Positions 1-7,086 of a DNA stretch of 36,147 nucleotides are shown in pieces. The notes under the pieces are model-generated. The model did no database searches, had not been told where the DNA came from, and was given only the letters and a program-made list of their open reading frames with translations. Numbering within the stretch: position 1 is the stretch's first letter; the number at the start of each line of letters is the position of its first letter. The translations under genes were made by a program, and so were the position numbers. The stretch comes from Bacteroidota bacterium. GTDB taxonomy: Bacteria; Bacteroidota; Bacteroidia; Flavobacteriales; Flavobacteriaceae. The stretch covers positions 1 to 36,147 of the forward strand of contig JAYWEG010000087.1 in assembly GCA_043779445.1 (NCBI GenBank), written 5' to 3'.

Positions 1-356
1 TCCGACGGAACAAAAACCAGTTTTGAGTCAGAATTCAAAGAAAAATCTCCAATATTTTTTATACTTAAAACGCCATTATTCTCAAGATCACTTTTCCAAG
101 AAGCTACTTCTGTTGCAATAAATCGAACTGAATTATCGTACGTAATTTTATCAGAAATTGCAATATGATTAGCAATCAAACCATCATTATTTTGTAAATT
201 TGCATTGAAAGATACCAATTTTCTTGGAGGCGAAAACATATTTGTATTCATGTTTAGATCTGCGGATTTAATTTCGGTTAAAAATCCACCAAATCCAGGA
301 ACTACCACACAAGAGTAGCGATATAATAATTGCGAAACGTGTTGTTCTAAATTCAT
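1..356 (-). CDS. HU/CCDC81-like N-terminal domain protein (typically SPOR-domain fused in Bacteroidota), runs off the left edge
   Basis: Not in the ORF track. Minus-strand ATG at 356 opens MNLEQHVSQLLYRYSCVVVPGFGGFLTEIKSA...FSPPRKLVSFNANLQNNDGLIANHI, with no stop before the edge. The L-x-Y-x-C-V-x-V-P-G-F-G-x-F and NDGL motifs match this family; divergent from dprA. Confidence 0.8.
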   Translation of the reverse strand, partial: MNLEQHVSQLLYRYSCVVVPGFGGFLTEIKSADLNMNTNMFSPPRKLVSFNANLQNNDGLIANHIAISDKITYDNSVRFIATEVASWKSDLENNGVLSIKNIGDFSLNSDSKLVFVPS

Positions 357-360
357 ATCA

Positions 361-368
361 CAAATTTA
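361..368 (-). promoter_or_regulatory. Bacteroidota sigma-A -7 element (TAAATTTG)
   Basis: Exact TAnnTTTG match 4 nt upstream of the ATG at 356. Confidence 0.65.
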
Positions 369-456
369 TACAATTAAAATAGTTATCAAAACTTTATTCA
401 CAATTTTTATCAACAACTCGAACAATTTCCTTATTTTTCGCATCTAAAATAATTTC

Positions 457-1557
457 ATGTCAGATCAAGAATTACTCAATCTTTTAGCATTAACAAAAAT
501 TGATGGCGTAGGGGACATTGTAGCTAAAAAATTGCTCTCACATTGCGGAAATGCAGAAGAAATTTTTAAATCAAAATCGAATCTATTGGCCACAATCGAT
601 GGTGTTGGTTCGGTTCTAATTCGGAATCTAAAAAACAAAACCGTTTTCGAAAAAGCAGAACAAGAATTGAAATTCATAAAGAATAATAAAATCAACACTC
701 TTTTTTTTCAAGACGAAAACTATCCAGACAAACTCAAACATTGCATCGATGGTCCCATTTTGATGTTTAGTTCTGGGAACATCAATCTCAATAAAAAAAG
801 AATCATTAGCATTGTTGGAACGCGCCAAATCACTTCGTATGGAACCGAATTTACAAAAAAATTAATAGAAGATTTAGCACCTTTGGACCCAATAATCGTT
901 TCAGGCTTTGCCTACGGAGTTGACATCGTGGCGCATCAAGCAGCCATGGAGCATAATTTGCAAACCATTGGAGTGGTAGCGCACGGATTGAATCAAATTT
1001 ATCCAAAAGTGCACACCAAATACGTGGCTAAAATGGAGCAAAATGGTGGTTTCATGACCGATTTTTGGAGTAATTCGAACCCAGAAAAAGAAAATTTTGT
1101 TCGTCGTAATCGCATAGTTGCAGGCATGACCGAAGCCACAATTGTGATTGAATCTGCAGATCGAGGCGGTTCGCTCATCACAGCAAACATAGCAAACGAT
1201 TACAATCGCGATGTTTTTGCTGTTCCAGGACGAGTTTCGGACAAATACAGTCAAGGGTGCAATAATTTGATTAAAACTCAAAAAGCAAATGTACTTACAA
1301 GCGCAGCAGATTTAATATATATTCTCAATTGGGATATTCAAAAAGATATCAAACCAGTTCAAAAACAACTTTTTGTAACATTAGAAATTGAGGAACAAAA
1401 AATCTATGATTTTTTGCTCAAAAACGGCAAAGAAGTTTTAGATACCATTGCTCTGGAATGCGAATTTCCGATTTATAAAATATCTGGAACCTTGCTCAAC
1501 ATGGAACTCAAAGGAGTCATACGACCGTTGCCTGGGAAATTGTTTGAGGCGATATAA
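457..1557 (+). CDS. dprA: DNA-processing protein DprA
   Basis: IVGTR, IVSGFAYGVDIVAH, FVRRNRIVAG, VIES-x3-GGSLITA and VFAVPG motifs; C-terminal winged helix (LLNMELKGVIRPLPG). Confidence 0.96.
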   Translation: MSDQELLNLLALTKIDGVGDIVAKKLLSHCGNAEEIFKSKSNLLATIDGVGSVLIRNLKNKTVFEKAEQELKFIKNNKINTLFFQDENYPDKLKHCIDGPILMFSSGNINLNKKRIISIVGTRQITSYGTEFTKKLIEDLAPLDPIIVSGFAYGVDIVAHQAAMEHNLQTIGVVAHGLNQIYPKVHTKYVAKMEQNGGFMTDFWSNSNPEKENFVRRNRIVAGMTEATIVIESADRGGSLITANIANDYNRDVFAVPGRVSDKYSQGCNNLIKTQKANVLTSAADLIYILNWDIQKDIKPVQKQLFVTLEIEEQKIYDFLLKNGKEVLDTIALECEFPIYKISGTLLNMELKGVIRPLPGKLFEAI

Positions 1558-1559
1558 AC

Positions 1560-2252
1560 CTATTTCTCTTTACATAAAAAAGCAATATCTTCTATCAATT
1601 GTTTCACGTTTTTGATGCCGTCTTCGGTTGGTTTGTCGAGATTTGTTCCGTCATAGAAACCACGAACTTGGCGGTTTGCATCAACTAAAACAAAATTTTC
1701 CGTGTGAACCATATCGTACATTTCGTTTGGTTTGCCTTGTTTCACAGCCAAATAAGACAATCTTGCCATTCTGTAAATTTCTTTTTTGTCGCCAGTAACT
1801 AAATTCCATTTGGAGTCGACTACACCATTTTTTACAGCATATTTTTTTAAAACTGTTACATCGTCAATATCCGGCAAAACACTGTGTGACAATAACATTA
1901 CCTTGGGGTTGTTTAAAATTGCTTTTTGAACAACGGTCAAATTTGTTGTCATTTTTGGACAAATAGATCCACAAGTCGTGAAAAAGAAATCTGCAACATA
2001 AATTTTTCCTTCATAATCTTTTTGAGTAATTATTTTTCCGTTTTGATTTATGAATGAAAAATCAGCAATTTTGTGATACTTACTTATAAATTGCATCGTG
2101 GAATCCACTAATTCTGGATTTACATCTGATGGATTATAGACTGGAAGCATTTTTTGAGGTTTTAATGCACCGTAAAACAAATAGATTGTAATTGCAGAAA
2201 ATATTAAAAAAATTGAAAAAAAAATGCGATACTTTTTTAAGAATAAAATCAT
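1560..2252 (-). CDS. SCO1/SenC family copper chaperone
   Basis: N-terminal TM helix, FFFTTCGSICP (CxxxC), conserved His in MVHTENFVLVD. Confidence 0.93.
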   Translation of the reverse strand: MILFLKKYRIFFSIFLIFSAITIYLFYGALKPQKMLPVYNPSDVNPELVDSTMQFISKYHKIADFSFINQNGKIITQKDYEGKIYVADFFFTTCGSICPKMTTNLTVVQKAILNNPKVMLLSHSVLPDIDDVTVLKKYAVKNGVVDSKWNLVTGDKKEIYRMARLSYLAVKQGKPNEMYDMVHTENFVLVDANRQVRGFYDGTNLDKPTEDGIKNVKQLIEDIAFLCKEK

Positions 2253-2268
2253 TGATTAAAATTTTATG

Positions 2269-2276
2269 CAAATTTA
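2269..2276 (-). promoter_or_regulatory. -7 element (TAAATTTG) for the SCO gene
   Basis: Exact TAnnTTTG match 16 nt upstream of the start. Confidence 0.6.
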
Positions 2277-2356
2277 CGTAATGAAATCCTTAGATTAAAG
2301 TTAAATTTAAACATTAATCTCGTTAAATTTTAACAAAAACTTATAGAATTAATTGA

Positions 2357-2364
2357 TATTTTTG
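2357..2364 (+). promoter_or_regulatory. -7 element (TATTTTTG) for the M13 peptidase gene
   Basis: Exact TAnnTTTG match 30 nt upstream of the ATG. Confidence 0.55.
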
Positions 2365-2394
2365 TAAAAACAAACAAACTATCAATTCAACACC

Positions 2395-4497
2395 ATGAAA
2401 ATTAAATTAAACCGAAGTTTACTTTTTGTAATTCCAGCGATTTTAATAATCAGCGAGAGTAAAGCGCAAAAAACAACTTCAAAGGAAATCACAACAAAAG
2501 CTCAAATGAGTAAAATTAAATCAACGAAAGAACCAGGTGTGAACATTGCCTTGATGGATAAAACGATCAAACCTGGCGACGATTTTTTTAAATTTGTTAA
2601 TGGAACTTGGCTCAAAAACACTCAGATTCCAGCAGATAGAAATCGTTGGGGAAGTTTTGATGAATTGCGTAAAAAAACAGATGGTGACGTCATGACGATT
2701 CTAAAAGACGCCTCGAAGGACAAAAAATACGCATCAAACACAGATCAAGGCAAAGCGATAAATCTTTTCAAAACTATTTTAGACACAATTGGAAGAAACA
2801 AAGCAGGAATTGAGCCTTTGAAACCCTATTTAGCAAAAATAAATGCGGTAACCAATGTTACTGAATTGCAAAATCTCATGATGACGATGGAACCAATGGG
2901 CGGAATTGGCTTTTTTGGTTTTGGAGTTGGAGCAGATGCAAAAGACAGTAACACAAATGTACTTTATTTAGGGCCAGGACGTTTGGGACTTCCAGACAGA
3001 GATTATTATGTTTCTGATGATAAAGATTCCAAAGAAAAAAGAGAAAAATATGTTTTACATGTTGCAAAAATGTTACAATATCTTGGAGATTCAAAAGAAG
3101 TAGCTGAAATAAACGCAAAAAAAATCTTGGCTTTTGAAACTTCATTGTCACAACCTCGTTTTGATAGAGTAGAAGAAAGAGACGATAGAAAATCGTATAA
3201 TCCAATGTCGATTTTAGATTTGCAAAAAATGGTTCCCGCCATAAATTGGGATTTATTTCTGAAAACTGTTGGTTATAGAGATGTAAAAAATGTTATTGTT
3301 AGTCAACCAAAATACATGGCTGCTTTACAAACCATTTTTACATCAAACAATGTCGAAGATTGGAAAAATTACATGCGTTGGAGTATTTTGAATTCCTCTT
3401 CAAACACGTTAACAACAGATATTGAAACTGCAAATTGGGATTTTTATTCGAAAACTCTTGGTGGAGCAAAAAAACAAAGAAAACGAGATGAACTTGCCTT
3501 GCAGTCAGTTACTGGGAATATTGGAGAAGCTTTAGGAAAACTTTATGTTGACAAAAAATTTCCTGCAGAAGCAAAGGAAAAAGCTGCTAATATGATTAAA
3601 AATGTCATCAAAGCATATTCTACCCGTATCAATAATTTAACTTGGATGAGTGCAGCAACAAAAGTAAAAGCGCAAGAAAAGTTGAATAAAATGACCATTA
3701 AAATTGGATATCCAGACAAATGGAAAGACTATTCTGCTTTAGATATTCAAAGTCCAGCAGAAGGAGGAACATTTTTTCAAAATGATATGAATGTTGCCCG
3801 TTGGAGAAATGCTAAAGGAATTGCTAAATTATCCCAGCCAGTTGACAAAACCGAATGGGGAATGTCGCCACAAACCGTGAATGCATACTACAACCCATCC
3901 TATAACGAAATTGTATTTCCAGCGGCAATTTTACAACCACCTTTTTATAACTATTTAGCCGATGAAGCAGTAAATTATGGCGGAATAGGCGCAGTTATTG
4001 GCCATGAAATTTCTCATGGATTTGATGACTCCGGAGCACGATACAACGCAGATGGAAATCTTGTAGATTGGTGGACTGATCAAGATGCAAAACAATTTGC
4101 AGCATTGACTGGAGCACTTGCAGATCAATATTCTGCATTAGAGCCATTGCCAGGAACTAAAGTTGACGGAAAATTTACTCTTGGAGAAAATATTGGGGAT
4201 TTGGGTGGCGTAAATTCTGCCTTTGATGGTTTGCAACTCTTTTTAGCCAACAAACGAGTTGGTTTAGTGGATGGTTACACACCACAACAACGTTTCTTTA
4301 TTTCTTGGGCAACAGTTTGGAGATCTAAAATGCGAGACGAAGCCTTGAAAAATCAAGTAAAAACAGATCCGCATTCTCCAGGAATGTATCGTGCCTTTGT
4401 GCCTTTGCAAAACGTAGATGCTTTTTATCAAGCCTTTGATATCAAAGTAGGAGACGCGTTGTTTATTGCTCCAGAAAAAAGAGTTCGAATTTGGTAG
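2395..4497 (+). CDS. M13 family (neprilysin/PepO-like) metalloendopeptidase, exported
   Basis: Signal peptide, PGDDFF-x-FVNGTW, VNAYY, HEISH zinc motif, GENIGD, TDPHSP. Confidence 0.95.
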   Translation: MKIKLNRSLLFVIPAILIISESKAQKTTSKEITTKAQMSKIKSTKEPGVNIALMDKTIKPGDDFFKFVNGTWLKNTQIPADRNRWGSFDELRKKTDGDVMTILKDASKDKKYASNTDQGKAINLFKTILDTIGRNKAGIEPLKPYLAKINAVTNVTELQNLMMTMEPMGGIGFFGFGVGADAKDSNTNVLYLGPGRLGLPDRDYYVSDDKDSKEKREKYVLHVAKMLQYLGDSKEVAEINAKKILAFETSLSQPRFDRVEERDDRKSYNPMSILDLQKMVPAINWDLFLKTVGYRDVKNVIVSQPKYMAALQTIFTSNNVEDWKNYMRWSILNSSSNTLTTDIETANWDFYSKTLGGAKKQRKRDELALQSVTGNIGEALGKLYVDKKFPAEAKEKAANMIKNVIKAYSTRINNLTWMSAATKVKAQEKLNKMTIKIGYPDKWKDYSALDIQSPAEGGTFFQNDMNVARWRNAKGIAKLSQPVDKTEWGMSPQTVNAYYNPSYNEIVFPAAILQPPFYNYLADEAVNYGGIGAVIGHEISHGFDDSGARYNADGNLVDWWTDQDAKQFAALTGALADQYSALEPLPGTKVDGKFTLGENIGDLGGVNSAFDGLQLFLANKRVGLVDGYTPQQRFFISWATVWRSKMRDEALKNQVKTDPHSPGMYRAFVPLQNVDAFYQAFDIKVGDALFIAPEKRVRIW

Positions 4498-4524
4498 TAC
4501 ACTAAAACTATGTAGTTATTTAAG

Positions 4525-4558
4525 AAAAATCCAATTGTTAATTCAATTGGATTTTTTT
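4525..4558 (+). terminator. Intrinsic terminator
   Basis: AAAAATCCAATTG-ttaatt-CAATTGGATTTTT perfect stem ending in a T run, 27 nt after the M13 stop. Confidence 0.75.
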
Positions 4559-4582
4559 GTATTTTTAACAAAAAATAAACCT

Positions 4583-5050
4583 ATGAAAACAACAACCAAA
4601 ATCCTTTTTCTATTATCATTTTGCTTTTTATCTATTCAATCTGCTTTTTCTCAAGAAGAAACAAGATATGAACAAACACTAAACATAGAATGTAATGGAG
4701 TGAAAAGCAAAGTAAAATTGACTTATATATCGTATAGTTTAAGTCAATATCAATTAAATACCGATCCTGCAGCAGTTCAAAAGGCTGATCCAACCTATTT
4801 GAATGTGACAACATCTGAATCACCGACAAAAGATTTTATGAAAATTTTCGAGAATTTGAAGCAAAAAGTAAATGGTTTCATAGAAATAAAAGACAATTTT
4901 GGTAAAAGTCCAATTCGAAAATTTGAATTTAAAAATGCCTATTTGGTTCTCACAGAATCACTTTCAAATGTCAATTCTGGAAATTCTTCAAATATTTCTA
5001 TCTATTCAGATTCGATCATAATTGATGGAGTGTCTATTTTTAGTAAATAA
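4583..5050 (+). CDS. Secreted hypothetical protein, TssD/Hcp-like (155 aa)
   Basis: ATG 4583 preferred over the track start 4466 (A-rich leader, Sec signal MKTTTKILFLLSFCFLSIQSAFS). The mature part resembles Bacteroidota TssD (YSLSQ; KVNGFIEIKD...RKFEFKNAYLV; ISIYSDSIII). Confidence 0.6.
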   Translation: MKTTTKILFLLSFCFLSIQSAFSQEETRYEQTLNIECNGVKSKVKLTYISYSLSQYQLNTDPAAVQKADPTYLNVTTSESPTKDFMKIFENLKQKVNGFIEIKDNFGKSPIRKFEFKNAYLVLTESLSNVNSGNSSNISIYSDSIIIDGVSIFSK

Positions 5051-5055
5051 AATAT

Positions 5056-5105
5056 AAAAACATTCTCGAACGAGACTATATTAGTTTCATTCGAGAATTG
5101 TTTTT
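5056..5105. terminator. Probable bidirectional terminator between convergent genes
   Basis: ATTCTCGAA...TTCGAGAAT inverted repeat flanked by an A run and a T run. Confidence 0.65.
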
Positions 5106-5115
5106 AAAAAACGTT

Positions 5116-5454
5116 TTAGTTTTTGCTTCCTAGAAGTAATACTTCATTGGCGACAACTTCGGTAAAATAACGTTTTACACCTTCTTTATCATCATAGCTC
5201 CCATGGGTTAATTTTCCTTCGAGAGCAACTTCTTTTCCTTTTGTAACAAAATTTTCAACAATGTCGGCCAATTTTCCCCAGGCAGTTACTGTATGCCACT
5301 GTGTGTCTGTAATTTTTTCTTTGTTTTCGTTGTAATAGACATCGTTTGTTGCGATAGAAAATTTTGCAACTTTCTTTCCTCCTGCAAGGTTTTTGATTTC
5401 TGGTTCTTGTCCAACGTGTCCGATCAATTGTACTCTGTTTTTTAATGCATTCAT
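5116..5454 (-). CDS. ssb: Single-stranded DNA-binding protein, short form without acidic C-terminal tail
   Basis: NRVQLIGHVGQEPE, FSIAT, TQWHTVTAWGKLA, KGKEVALEGKL; ends LLGSKN at 112 aa with no DDLPF-type tail. Confidence 0.92.
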   Translation of the reverse strand: MNALKNRVQLIGHVGQEPEIKNLAGGKKVAKFSIATNDVYYNENKEKITDTQWHTVTAWGKLADIVENFVTKGKEVALEGKLTHGSYDDKEGVKRYFTEVVANEVLLLGSKN

Positions 5455-5570
5455 GGCTTGTAAATTTAAAATTGTTTATATTTATTTGTTTCATGTCGAT
5501 GTTGTTTCATTTCGACAGTGCAAAGATGCGGCGACTCACAAACGATATTCGGTTAACAACCATTTAATTT

Positions 5571-5600
5571 CGGTTGTAAATGTTTGTAACCGTTTGTAAT
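5571..5600. repeat. Three phased 10-bp direct repeats (nGTTTGTAAn), candidate operator
   Basis: cggttgtaaa / tgtttgtaac / cgtttgtaat at 5571, 5581 and 5591, in the divergent ssb intergenic region. Confidence 0.65.
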
Positions 5601-5614
5601 TGGAAAAATTTGTT

Positions 5615-5622
5615 TACATTTG
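5615..5622 (+). promoter_or_regulatory. -7 element (TACATTTG)
   Basis: Exact TAnnTTTG match, with TTTG at 5593-5596 as a possible -33. Confidence 0.55.
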
Positions 5623-5682
5623 GTTGATTTTACTCAAGTTTCAGAAAAAAAGAACAATAAAAATAAAACCGCAATTTTTTTT

Positions 5683-6042
5683 ATGGAAAATACTAAACCA
5701 TTTCAAAATCAAAAACAACAACCCAAGAAAAACATCTTTTTATATTGTTTTTTAATTCTTGCAATGGGATTGATTTTAGGATATTTTTTTATTTACCAAA
5801 AAGTAGAAGACATGAAACTAGGAAAAGATATCTCATACTCCTACAAAGCAATTGCACTATCACCTTTGAGTATTTCGATGGGTTTGTATTTTATGCTTTT
5901 TAGAATTAAAAATGATGGACATTTTAAAGATTTGCCTCCAAAAGACAAAAAAATATTTATTGGCGCGGCTGTATTTATGGTTATTTCTGTAATTGTTACC
6001 ATAGTTTGGTTTAACATGCAAATGACAAAATACGGTTACTAA
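5683..6042 (+). CDS. Hypothetical membrane protein (about 3 TM helices)
   Basis: ATG 5683 preferred because the track start at 5620 lies within the promoter; three hydrophobic segments. Confidence 0.7.
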   Translation: MENTKPFQNQKQQPKKNIFLYCFLILAMGLILGYFFIYQKVEDMKLGKDISYSYKAIALSPLSISMGLYFMLFRIKNDGHFKDLPPKDKKIFIGAAVFMVISVIVTIVWFNMQMTKYGY

Positions 6043-6084
6043 AGAAATAAAAGAATACAAATTTACGCTATAAACAACATCAAA

Positions 6085-6621
6085 ATGGAAAAACTAAAAT
6101 ACCCAATTGGAACTTTTCAAAAACCAAGTTCAATTTCTGAGAACGATTTGAAAACTTGGATTTCTGTGATTGAAAATTTTCCTAATAAAATGAAAAGGAT
6201 CACTCAAAATCTTTCGTTTGAAGAATTAAACTTGGTTTATCGACCTGAAGGTTGGTCAATAAAGCAAGTGGTGCATCATTGTGCCGATAGTCATATGAAT
6301 AGTTTGATTCGTTTTAAACTGGCTTTAACAGAAGATTTACCAGTAGTAAAACCCTACGAAGAAGCACTTTGGGCAATTCTTGCAGATGTAGATTCTAATG
6401 ATTTGGATGCGTCATTGAAAATTTTAGAAGGTGTTCACGTTCGATGGACTTTGCTATTAAAAAGTTTTACTACTGTTGAATTTTCTAGAAAATTTTTGCA
6501 TCCTGCAACCGGAAAAGTTTTCGAACTTGACGAAGCTTTAGGGCTTTACGCTTGGCATTGTAATCATCATTTTGCTCATATAGAGCAAGCGTTAAAACAC
6601 AAAGGGATATTTCTTAATTAG
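6085..6621 (+). CDS. YfiT/BstA-like DinB superfamily thiol transferase
   Basis: LKYPIG, YRPEGWSIKQVVHHCADSH, KPYEEALWA, YAWHCNHH metal-binding His pattern. Confidence 0.9.
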   Translation: MEKLKYPIGTFQKPSSISENDLKTWISVIENFPNKMKRITQNLSFEELNLVYRPEGWSIKQVVHHCADSHMNSLIRFKLALTEDLPVVKPYEEALWAILADVDSNDLDASLKILEGVHVRWTLLLKSFTTVEFSRKFLHPATGKVFELDEALGLYAWHCNHHFAHIEQALKHKGIFLN

Positions 6622-6716
6622 CCCAGATAGCAGCGAAAATCCTTTTGTTTTGCTACACTGAGCGCAGCAGAAGTGTAAAAAACAAAAGATTGTAGCGAAT
6701 AGCTGGAATAGCTCCA
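6619..6716 (+). repeat. Structured repeat element, copy 1 (possibly Flavo-1-like RNA motif), with a nested REP-like hairpin at 6655-6676
   Basis: Arms TAGCCCAGATAGCAGCG..ATCC and GAT..TAGCGAATAGCTGGAATAGCTCCA match copy 2 at 27669-27735. Confidence 0.75.
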
Positions 6717-6722
6717 AAAAAA

Positions 6723-7076
6723 ATGAAAAACTGTTTAGAATGTAACGAAAAAATTGTAGGTCGCGAGGATAAAAAATTCTGTAGCGATGGTTGTAGAAAC
6801 GCTTACAATAATAAAATAAATAAAGATTCGACTAATTTTATGCGTAATGTAAACAACAAATTACGAAAAAATTATCGAATTTTGTCAGAGTTGAATGCAA
6901 CCGAAGACGGGAAATCTAAAACTACACGAACTAAATTAATGAGTAAAGGTTTTGATTTTGAATTTTTCACATCAATTTATAACACAAAAACTGGAAACAC
7001 CTATTTTTTCCTTTACGATCAAGGCTATCGAGTTTTGGAGGACGAATATTATTTGTTAGTAAAAAAGGACATTTAA
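6723..7076 (+). CDS. Conserved Bacteroidota hypothetical protein with N-terminal zinc ribbon
   Basis: CLEC-x12-CSDGC four-Cys motif followed by basic helix NNKLRKNYRIL. Confidence 0.85.
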   Translation: MKNCLECNEKIVGREDKKFCSDGCRNAYNNKINKDSTNFMRNVNNKLRKNYRILSELNATEDGKSKTTRTKLMSKGFDFEFFTSIYNTKTGNTYFFLYDQGYRVLEDEYYLLVKKDI

Positions 7077-7086
7077 AAACAAAACA

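Noticed and set aside
2290-2335. Repeated TTAA motifs as a regulator site
   Set aside because: Not distinguishable from AT-rich background without comparative data.
4466-4582. Longer start for the 194-aa ORF
   Set aside because: Overlaps the M13 gene and spans a terminator; the signal peptide begins at ATG 4583.
5255-5599. 79-aa and 68-aa ORFs overlapping ssb and its promoter
   Set aside because: Alternate-frame or antisense shadows with no recognisable motifs.
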